Source of the DNA: Chrysomallon squamiferum
Taxonomy: Eukaryota > Animalia > Mollusca
DNA: 64,000 bases
Direction of reading: 5' to 3'
NCBI GenBank assembly: GCA_012295275.1
Contig: CM022679.1
Span: 17,794,001 to 17,858,000 of the forward strand
Positions 1 to 10,723 of this stretch are shown piece by piece. The number at the start of each line of letters is the position of its first letter. Within the stretch, counting starts at the first letter, position 1. The notes under the pieces are model-generated. The model was given only the letters and a program-made list of their open reading frames with translations. It did no database searches and was not told where the DNA came from. Both the position numbers and the translations under genes were made by a program.

Positions 1-1873
1 ATAGATATTTATATAGCATATATTGAGTGAAAAATAATAAACTGACGCTGTTTTTTGTATGCATTAATACAGCCGTTTCTAATATTGCATACAGAAATTT
101 ATATCAAGAATTTGTTTCGACACTAGTTATATATGTCAAACTTTCTTCTCTGTCTGTCATCTAACTGTTTGCATTTTGTCATCTGTTCAGATCAGTTAGC
201 TCAAGTTTGTTTAAATGTCATCAAAGATGTAACAAATCTGTGCAGATTAAAATGTACACAACACTTGTAACTGATACACATACTTGATTTTTTGAATCTG
301 AGACAATTGTTGTTTTATAATATAGAGAATTCCCAAGAGATTCGTTTTGTTCAAGGATTCATAAAGTAATCCCAGTTTAATGTTCTAATGGTCTCTTGGA
401 AACAGCACTTAAATATTTATTGTTATTATTTCAACAGTTCTTCAAATAATATTTATGTTTACTACCAAAACAGGTTGCAAAATAAGAATTCATATCAAAT
501 ATGTTTAGTAATTCCATTCAGAAACATTATTGATAAAATACGATTTAATTATGTCAAAAGAAAGGATTTAACATTAATGTAATAACTTTGGGTACTCTTT
601 TCGCAATTTCTAAAAAATTTTACTAACTTTTTCTTTTTAAACTTGTCTATTTACTGGCTTTGGGCAACGGCTTGACTAGTTCTGAAATCTTATTCAAGAA
701 AAATAATATTAATAAAAAAATATGTACAAAAATAATGTCAAAAATAAACAAACAAGCATTTAAAACATTATGATGTGAATATGTTTCTTGATATTCTTGT
801 TGACTTTTTTCTAGCAGGTCTGTTGATTTAGATGTAAAACTTTGAGATTAATTTTGAAGAACAAAATTAATCGTATAGACATGACGTTGTGATATGCAGC
901 TGAATACGATATACATTGGTATTATTAAAGAACCTCTCTTGGAATAATTTTCATACGTTAAATTTATTCTGTCTTTCTTTCTCTCTCTCCATTCTGCATC
1001 TGTCTGTGTGTCTGTCTATTTATCTATTTGTCTGCCTGTCTCTCTATCTCTCTATTTATTTGGCTCAACGTCTTTGAAGATTCTTTAAGCTACAAATCAT
1101 AAATTCACTGCATAATTTAAATGTGTTTCATAACTTCACATTTATTGGTAATTTCATTCGATTTCAGAAGAAAAATAGACCTTAAATATTTTTATCATAT
1201 AAACAGTATTATTCTAATGTGTTCAGGTGATGTGATAAAACGACCTTGCAGAGCAATAGTTTCAACTGAACGAAGATGTCACTCACGGACTTGTCCTCAG
1301 TTGAAATTATATTTCCCTAGATAATTTGATACAGAGACTAAAAATAAAATTTAAGATACTTAAATATAATAAACTGCACATAATAAACTGATTCAGTGAC
1401 TTAATAAATACAACGAAATAAAATAACACAAAGATTTGCGTAAGTATAAACTAGTCTGTCTAAGATGATATTAATTCGTCATATTTACACAGAATGTTGG
1501 CCAGCCTTCATTTATAGTATATTCTTCACACTTTTGAATATTATTCAGTGTTTTAATATGGAATCATATTTGCCATTTCTTAATAATATTAAACACATAT
1601 TTGTTTAATAGTGCTAAACTGGCGTATCTTCCTCTTCATCTTCACCTTGCTATAGCTAAACCTTTTTAAAGACAAGCTTGTTCAGAATACATTTCATACT
1701 GTATGCCCAGTTTAATAAACTATATTGAAAATTATTACTGACATTTTCTTTCAATAAATATTATAAATGTGTAAAATTGAATTTCCTGTTACAGATTATT
1801 TCCAACCCGTATCGTTTCATACTGCTAATAAACAGTTACATACCACCCAGTTTTCTATAATGAGAAATACCCT

Positions 1874-1874
<1 letters not shown>

Positions 1875-1905
<31 letters not shown>
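1875..1905. repeat. (CA)n microsatellite
   Basis: Directly visible. Confidence 0.9.
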
Positions 1906-1907
<2 letters not shown>

Positions 1908-2956
1908 ACAGACGGAGAAATATGCACTGCAATTCACTAACATACTTAGTTTTTATTACACCGTATTAAAAAGCAGCGATAAAATTTTTGCTGTTCTCAA
2001 ACCTAATCTTCAGCACTTTTAAGGCTTTTGTAATTGTGAATGAGGCTAATACAATAAAGTGGGAGCTAGTAATTGATTTTTGTGAATTAGGTCGATGAAG
2101 ATTTCACTAACTAAAATTAGACCTACACTTTTCTATAAATATACCGTGTTCAGCTTTGGAGGTGTAGAGGATTGGTGGTACTTCAACAACAACAGCGGTT
2201 GCAACAAATAATTATAAAAATTCTGATATAAATAAATAAAACTTCTGCTGTAATACATATTTAATTGGAATATATAACCGATACAAATTCTGATTAATGA
2301 AATAACTGTTCTTGATATTTTCGTTTTATAACATGATAAATATATTAACTAGTTTCGGTTTGTCTGAATAAGATAATAATGATCTGTTTATTTTTGTGTT
2401 TATTTTATTTTCTTTCTATCTTCTTTCTTTCTTTTTATTTTATTTTATTATTTACCAGTTTTCAGTTTTTAGTCTCATCATCACTAAGCCCAAAACATGT
2501 GCTGTGATAAATTGTCATCCGCTAATCAAACTATTAAGGGTTTTATTTTATTTTCGTAAAACAACAAATGTTTTGATCAATAGGCATTATACTGGCTTCA
2601 GTCTTGCCTTTCACAACACTGCTATATCGGCGTTAACAGATGCTTTTCTCATCAGCTGGAACATTTTTCTATTTCATTCTCGTCACGCCTGGAATGTCCA
2701 TACATTTCTTTGTATTGACTTGTACAGTAAACTTAAAGGATTGTCTACAGCACAACGTTACAGAAAAACACTCCGTTTTAACGTTTAAGCTTCAGGACGT
2801 TTGCAAAAAGTATGAATTTTGGAATATAAATGTTTTGAGATTTTTCTATAGCTTATATAAAGCTATGCTAAACCCAAATGTAAAGAAAGGGAAGCCAGTA
2901 ATAGCAAACCATCTTATTAGTTCAAAATTACAATTATTTGTCTTATGATACAAATG

Positions 2957-3596
2957 GAGTGGTAGCTTGACTTACGAGTTTAATTCGTTCCGTGCCTAGC
3001 CAGTAACTCAATTTGTTCGTATGTCAAATCAATCTTCCCAGCTGATATTAATTGAAATACCAACCTCCCTAAAAACCACACCAATTTTTTGTAACGTGTT
3101 TTCAAAAAAGAAAAATGTATTTATAAATGACAAATATTGAATAAAAAAACTAAATATAAGAGAATAAAAATAAAAAAATGAATTGGTTTTGTAAAGTGTA
3201 TTTATGTTGGAGATCAGACAAATTATTTTAATGCCTTTGGCTGGAGTTATAGGCTTTGTCGACTCCTTCTGCTTCAGTATGGTACATATCGTAGAAGTAC
3301 TATGCTCGTACTGCCTAGCCAAGTTGACTACATGCACACCTCGCTCATGTTTTTCTATGATTTCATGCTTTAATTCAATGGACATCATCCGCTTCTTCTT
3401 TTCAGCATTGTCATTTTCTTAGATCCATGGAAATTTGCCCAAAAAAAAAAAAAAAAAAAAAAAAAAAAGAAAAGAAAAACAAACTTCACAAAACGCAAGT
3501 ACAACACAACAGAGATGCTTTCCTGAGATACTCGCTCGTAATTCGGATTTTGGCTCGCAACTCAAAGCAACTTTTAAGTTAGTCGAGGTACCACTG
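2957..3596 (-). mobile_element. Internally deleted Tigger/pogo DNA transposon
   Basis: Right TIR gtcgaggtaccactg followed by TA (3597-3598); degenerate left TIR gagtggtagcttgac. Contains a transposase N-terminus on the minus strand. Subterminal sequences match the copies at 31823 and 63610. Confidence 0.9.
3221..3428 (-). pseudogene. Tigger transposase N-terminal HTH (psq/CENP-B N-terminal type) remnant
   Basis: KKKRMMSIELKHEIIEKHERGVHVVNLARQYEHSTSTICTILKQKESTK resembles the TIGD1/Tigger first HTH. The upstream ATG near 3428 is out of frame, and homology stops after KGIKII with no DDE domain. Confidence 0.85.
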
Positions 3597-4915
3597 TATT
3601 GTTAATTATAAAGCTTTTGGTAATTATTTAACATATACCAAATTTCACACTTTTTGCATTTTCTCATAAAACAAACAAACGAATATGTAACATAAAAAAC
3701 CCAAGAAAAGTTCACACTATGTAGTTCCAATTATCTAATTCCAAACTAGTCGAAATGCCATTTCGTTGAAACATAACCACTTGTAAACACTACCATATTT
3801 TCTGTGTAGTTAATGAACGGTTTGCTACTGGTCACCTTTTCAAGCTGCAATGATTTGAATTAATGAATCCATAGGAGTAAACGAAATTAATTGTATTAAT
3901 ATAGAGGTTTAGCATAGATGTAATCCGTAGACGTATCTGATTACGAACGGACCTTACGGTACGAGTCATGTACGTAACTTTCTTTCAGTTTAAATTTCAC
4001 CTTATAGAAATAGGTCAAGGGAGGGAAGTAACTATAGCTATAGAACTCATAAAAAGTTTTATTTGGAAGTATATTTGGTTTCAACATGTATAATATTCAG
4101 TGTTTATGCTGCCAAATGGCCAACATCAATCACAGGTTCTCCATAGATTTTGAAAGAAAAATACAAATTTTCTAGTCTCATAATCTTTTTCATATCAGAA
4201 TTATCACAGATATCTTTGAGTCATTTTAATCTGTATTGCTGTTTCTGACGATATATGATTTTATAGGAAAATTATGATTTTGAAAATTTTATCACATACC
4301 AATTATTTGTTATTTGCTTCTCTTGCAGTAATATAGTATACACAGAGCTATGGAATGACCAGCAGTTTCATTTGAGAACAAATAAATGCTTTCTCTATTT
4401 CTCAGCAAGAAACAAAACAACATCTTAAGGCAATATAACGGTTAACAACTTTAATTTACAAGTATAACTTTTATTTTCATATTTGTATATTATTTTGAAT
4501 TTAGCACTCGAGATCGTAATCTCTTTCAGCCAGCGGTACAACGGTACCTTTTGTCCAAACACGGTTTTTTTGGAGAGAAGGGGATCTATCTTTGGCGATC
4601 ATTTTTATGAAAACCATGTATGAAAAGGCAACTTAAAAAACACTAATCTGAGCAAACATAATTTAAAAAAATAATAAAAACAAGATTCATCCTTTACAAT
4701 GTTTCAAAAAATTCCTATAACGCCTCTACTACTTATTACTACTGCTACTACTGCTACTACTAATTTACTGCTGTTATTACTACTACAACTACTACCGCTG
4801 CTGCTGCTACACCATTTTTGACAGGACTACTACTTTTTCAGCTATTTTGATTACTACTACTTCTGCAACTATAGCTACTGCTACTATTACGATTTCTCCT
4901 ACAACCACTAATTCT

Positions 4916-6341
4916 AGGGAGTTCATTCAAAATTTCGAAATTACTGAATAAACCAATGAGCATTCATTTTGAAGTAAAATCCTGTCTGCATTACGTGATC
5001 ATAGTGAAAACAAAGGCAGTTATATTTAACCTGTAATCGCTCGGAGAATGAAGCAAAAACTAAATTTTCCTGGAATAAAATGTAAGTAAATTGATATCAC
5101 TATTCCTATTATTAGGGAGTTCACTCAAAATTTCAAAATTACTGAATATCATATGAAGCAGGACCTCAAAAGAAACAATTTTTATCCAGTTGTTGTCAAA
5201 TTTTACTATTAAAACAGACACTATAAAAGTCAACTATGAACATTTTATTATCCAATATAATGACCTTGACATTATTTACATATAATATAGACACGCACGC
5301 ACCTATCTCTCAACACAGAAAGCGAAAATAATGTATTGCTCCTGTAACATTTAAAAACAAATTTATATGTAGTTGATTCCCACTTGATAAAGATAAATAA
5401 TTATGTATTGTATAGAGTATAAAATATACTAAATATTATATTTTATTTTAATCATAAAAAGTGTAAAAATGTCAAACCAATAGACGAATGAAATGTTTCC
5501 AGTGCAATGCAACTAACAACCCAACACCCCTAACAGATATGAAATACATTTGTCCGTAATTTTGTAAGAGTGCAACGGAGCGTTCCATTATAGTATTGAA
5601 GGGGGTTAATATTTTCATAAAATTACGCCGAAACGTTATTAAATATCAAAAATTATTCATACATAAAATAAATAGCAGTAAACCGTTAGTGTTTACGCAA
5701 TGGCAATTAATCGTCTTCTGAATTATGCAAACTATTTTCACTACTGCAGACGAAAAATCCGCCATTTAGTATTTGTTCGCCGTGTGTTCGGTTCAACAAC
5801 TTCCCAAGTAGTAAACATTATTTTGATCTAGAACTAATACATACTTGTTCAGAAGATATTTATTTACATAATAGGAATAGTGAGATCTATTTAATTACAT
5901 TTTATTCCAGTAAAATTTAGTTTTTGCTTCATTCTTCGAACGATTACAGGTTAAAAATAACTCTGACGTTGTTTTCACTGTGATCACATAATGCAGATAG
6001 GATTTTCCTTCAAAATGTATGTTCATGGTTTATTTGTATGGTCCGGCTGAAGGCATAATCGTTTGTTGAAGTGAACGGGTATAGTCGTACAAATTTTTTT
6101 TTTTTTAAATGGAAACGCGCCTGTCGATTAACTCATTGTTTTATTTGTTTTATATATCTAAAAGAAGTATTACAATTACAGTATTATATTTTAATGACAG
6201 TTAATGAGTTGATGAACACATTTGTAAATTTCTCTAAATAATATTAAAGCTCATTATGTACAATTTGAATTGAAAATGATGAGCTGTTATCGGTAAAACA
6301 AAGGAAATCGCGTAACGTCATCTAAGTTTAGCTAACTCCCT
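4916..6341. mobile_element. Non-autonomous foldback-like DNA element, copy 1, with 9-bp TSD (Mutator/Foldback-like, inferred)
   Basis: Ends AGGGAGTT...AACTCCCT; perfect flanking duplication ACTAATTCT (4907-4915, 6342-6350); internal inverted arms 4947-5112 and 5868-6034; core shared with copy 2. Confidence 0.8.
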
Positions 6342-6795
6342 ACTAATTCTTTTACTCCTAACAATATTAATACTACTTTTTTGTTGTTACAACTATTACT
6401 ATTGCTGTGCCACATTCCCTTATTTTTAATCTGACATACTAGATTAATATGTTTAGTTAACTATTTAGTTAAATATTTTATATATAAAACAACTTGCTTA
6501 CCTGTATATTTGCATTCACAAAATCTATATATTCAGTTTGTCCCAATTCTAATTTAAATTTGTAAACATTGGTTATATTTTGTTTTTATAAAGCTGCAAT
6601 TTCTATTAAAATCAGCATAAGTTCAAAAGTATACTCATTCACAGAATATTGTGAAAATGATTATCTTTCATATAACACGTTATTTAATTTTAGTTGCGAG
6701 AATAAATCTCATTCTAAAGCTTAAATCGAATTAGTTTTTGTTGCCGGCTGCAATTAAGAATAATCCATATGGCGTTCATAACCATTTCAAAATAA

Positions 6796-6870
6796 GGAGT
6801 CAACCTGATAGTGTGGTTAAGACTTTGGACTGAAGACTGGCACATACTTGGATCGAATCAGGCCATAGTT
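6796..6870 (+). mobile_element. Possible decayed tRNA-derived SINE head
   Basis: A-box-like tagtgtggttaag (~6809-6821) and B-box-like ggatcgaatc (6850-6859) at tRNA-like spacing; no complete cloverleaf. Confidence 0.4.
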
Positions 6871-7180
6871 TCAACACAAGTCAGTATTTTTCTTGTAACT
6901 AATCTCTATCACAATGACTTCATGAACAAACACACATTATCCTGTAAAAACTCGAGTGGACGTAATTATGTTTCTAAGGGTTTTTAAAAATGATTATTTA
7001 AAAATAATTTATCAAGTAACATTTGACGTTTGTTTCACATCATCCCATCTTCTATTCTTGTTATTGCTGTTGTTGTTAATATAATTCTTCTTCTTCTTCT
7101 TCTTATTAATTGTTACTGTTATTGTTGTTGCTGCTGTTATTCTTGATGTTGTCGTTGTTGTTATGGTTGTTATTTATTTA

Positions 7181-7776
7181 CCGTATATACTTGTGTATAA
7201 GTCGAATTTTTGGGAGATTATATTAAGGTAATATTTTGGGGGTCGACTTATACATAGGTAATGCTTTTGTAGCTGTTGCTGAAGAGTCGCCATTTTGACT
7301 ATTTTTTGCTACGGGATGCATCTAAAATAATCGCGGTCTTTCAGCTTTTCAAAAATATAATTTTATCGTATAAAAAATTTTGAAAAATTAAATAACAAAA
7401 CTAAATATGCATGTAAAACATGATATTCTTCCGTTTAATGACATAAAAATACATTTTAAAGCGAAAAAACCGTCAGTACGGCGTTATGCCTTACGGCGTC
7501 TTGCAATGATCTAGGAATGCAGACTTCTCTGCCAAATTGCACTAAATATCGGTCCTAATTTCATAAACAAAACTCACTTGTGTAATTGTAAAGAATTTGG
7601 TGAAATAATATTGCAATCGTCATTAATATCCACTACCGACAAATCGAAAACAAAGTGACGGTGCCTGGAATCTACAGTCGACTTATACACAAGTAATACC
7701 TAAAATGACGCGATTTTTGGTATTAAAATACACATCGACTTATACATAAGGTCGCCTTGTACACAACTATATACGG
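7181..7776. mobile_element. Tc1/mariner-superfamily MITE (Tc2/pogo-type ends), ~600 bp
   Basis: TA|ccgtatatacttgtgtataagtcga ... tcgccttgtacacaactatatacgg|TA; subterminal tcgacttataca repeats at ~7243, ~7678 and ~7736; inserted into a (TTTA)n tract. Confidence 0.88.
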
Positions 7777-8594
7777 TATTTATTTATTTGTGTCTGAGTC
7801 ACATTTCACATGCTACATTAGGTATGGAGTTGATAAAAAAACGAAAAAAAAACGTCCAAATAACTCATCCTAAACCTAATATGGCCAGCAAAGCTGTTAC
7901 AATAATGCTGTATGTGAACGCACCTTTTGTTGTGAATGGAATAACTGATTGCCGGTTCGCGGACTGACATATCCTGACTTGGATCACAGTGACCAGAGAT
8001 TCGATCGTTGTTAAACACATATTTACATTGTCTCGGATATCGCTAGGCAGTGGATGAAACTGCCTTTGTGACGTCATGTGTTATTGTGTTTAGACTTATT
8101 CATATGCGAATCCAAATCTGTTTTCTTAATTTGTTATTGTTATAATTTTAGAAACGGTCAATACTGAAAGAATTTCATAATAAATTATACATTAATTAGT
8201 TTGAATTCATAGGTTAGTTTATTTTTACCTTATTGTATTATTGTTATCTACAATGAGGACGGAATATCTCATTTTAAGTATTTTATTTTCATGTATTTAC
8301 AATATTATTTAACATTACCTGCTGTTTACAATATATCTGGCTGTCCATGTATTTGTTATTCTTTCTGTTTGCATGCTCAAGATGACTGAACATCCTCCTT
8401 CTCCAGATCATCGACAGGCTTATTTGTTTGTCAAACAATCTTCTTATTTATTTATTTATTATTTTGTATATTCGCAAAAATATATTTACTCTCTTTTTTA
8501 AATTTAATTTTTTTTTTTTTTTTTTTTTAGTTTATTTCTCAACAATTCTAGATTTCATAATTATACTAAATTTATTTATTTATTGATATTTATA

Positions 8595-9982
8595 TAGGGC
8601 GGCAGACAAATGCAATATTTGTGCTTAACTCGATTTGGCGTCTAAAGGTTTTTTTTAGTGTTGATAACTGATGTTTAAGGAATAAATACTGAAACTGCTG
8701 GTGTGACATGTTCCCACCCTTGAGCAATTTGTGCTAGGAGGCTAAATTCAAGATGGCAGCCGTTTAGAGACATTATGACAGGGATTAACATAAATTCAAA
8801 GTTAGACAGTATAATATTATCCTCATCCAGTAAATAGATAATAACAACAAACAGTGTAGCGTGATTTATTTATTAATTATTTCCAAAATATATTTGTAAT
8901 TACACAAAAGGAAATAACCCATCTAAATTATTGGGAAACCAATTTAAAATAACAGCTCCTAATGCACTTCCTGGTTGTGACACTGTTCCTTGCTGTTTCA
9001 GCTTTGGAAAAACCATTGTCCTAAAAGTTGTAAGAAGTGGACTTAATCTGTTATTTCTCGGACAAATAGATGCATCATTGCTAATGATGATAAAGCGGGA
9101 TAGTGCCATTCATGTCTGCAAGCTAAGAACAAAGGAACAGTAGCATGATGTCAAAGACACAATTCAGTACTTGGACAAACAGAATTCATCAACACCACGA
9201 TTATGTGAAGTTATCGAGGAAAATGTAAAATCTGCGCATCATTAAACATTCTTATTGTTGTAAGAGACCAGATCGGGACATTGGAAAGATGAAGCCATAG
9301 GATGACTTTGTCCTACGATAATCCCAGGTACAGTGAGCCTTGAACCAGATCGTGTCTTGGAAACTAATCAAAAGTTAATCCAAATGTGGTTCAAATGATG
9401 TTCTGTGCTTGCGATGACATTTGCAATGCAAATGTTTTGTGATTAGTCACACCGACAGTCAACTGAACAATCCAAGTCCAAATCATCACAAATAGATCTT
9501 ATGTATAACAGTATATATACATGTTTAAAGTGAATGAACCAGCAATAATTACTATACATTTCAATAATTAATTATTTCTTATTTACCTATTAGTTATTAG
9601 CCTATACCTAACAGGGTAACATATTTAGTGTCCAACAGGACTTTAACTCGTTTTAAAACAGCCATATCTTCATCCTTTTACGGTTGCCATCTTAATCCAT
9701 TTGTATTTTATTTGGAAAAACATTTGGAAAAACAATAGGTTACTTATGCTTGAAACATATAAAACGACCTTTTATTCATGTTTGTTTATGACCTAGCTAC
9801 GAAGATATGAGGAAAATAGATTCGGTGGTGGCCTTGTTGAATTTAGCCTCTTAGCACAAATTGCTCGAGTGCAAGAAGATATCACTCGGCAATTTCAGTA
9901 TATACATGACCTAAATATCAATTATCAACATTGAAAAAAGTTCAAACTCCAATAGAAGATTCAGGGTACTTCTTCCGGACTA
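8595..9982 (+). mobile_element. Academ DNA transposon relic with long imperfect TIRs
   Basis: TAG...CTA termini. Inverted arms ~8595-8762 and ~9822-9982, including a 30-bp match with 1 mismatch (8722-8751 vs 9837-9866). Internal transposase remnant. Confidence 0.78.
8950..9433 (+). pseudogene. Academ-type transposase C-terminal remnant (XPG-like GCD motif plus Cys-rich tail)
   Basis: Read across frameshifts and stops: NALPGCDTVPCCFSFGKTIVLKVV..FMSAS*..MSKTQFSTW..SSTPRLC..EENVKSAHH*T..WKDEAIG*LCPTIIPGTVSLEPDRVL/KLIK..MMFCACDDICN. This is collinear with the remembered Academ pattern HALxGCDT..GxGK..LPPT..ENVKRAHxQ..GW..APxxxLxxIxC..CxC. Confidence 0.75.
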
Positions 9983-10619
9983 TTACAATGTAATGCTGCA
10001 GCATTTAATACTACACAAAATCACTGGATATACCTGAATGGTACCAAATACCTTTTATTTTAACAGTTTTATCAGTTTATGCGATGAATACTGAAGTTAG
10101 AAATAGCATTTATAGATATAGTCACGGGGATTTATAAAACAATGGTATAACATGTTCTACTATGACAAGCAAAAACTAAAGTGGGACTGCTGAAATAAAT
10201 ACTTTTAACTCGGTTGACCAAAGATCGATTTGTCTGTTCATCAATTATGTTGACAACTATTTTTATGTGTTGTGTCTATTTTCGTGAAAATTTTCTTATT
10301 TGAGAAACACTGGCGTGTGCTCCATATTTAGACTGTGTACTGTTTAAACGAACAGCTCATGGGAAATGAAAGTCACCGGTGCGTCGTATTACATTAATAA
10401 TATCCGTTGACCAATAAATCATAGACAACAATTAATCGGCAATACATTACACTTTCAATCCGAGCCTGACTGCTGTAGTAATAACAATAGATGAGTTGAA
10501 AGAAAAGGAGAAAACGATAAGGTAAGATAGTGTTTCACAATACAATAATAACCATAGACGAATCTTGTGTTTTTTTCTTAAATATCTGCAGTGGAACTTT
10601 TTATTCACGATAATTCAGT

Positions 10620-10660
10620 TTATTATTATTATTATTATCATCATCATCATCATCATCATA

Positions 10661-10723
<63 letters not shown>
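10620..10723. repeat. Compound (ATT)n/(ATC)n microsatellite
   Basis: Directly visible; source of the poly-Ile ORF. Confidence 0.95.

Noticed and set aside
2590-2705. Hammerhead ribozyme on the minus strand (CTGATGAG ... GAAA)
   Set aside because: No convincing stems I-III. Other CTGATGA hits I checked (23517-, 28208, 59729, 61538) also lack the fold.
6796-6870. tRNA gene
   Set aside because: Only degenerate A/B boxes; acceptor and anticodon stems cannot be formed.
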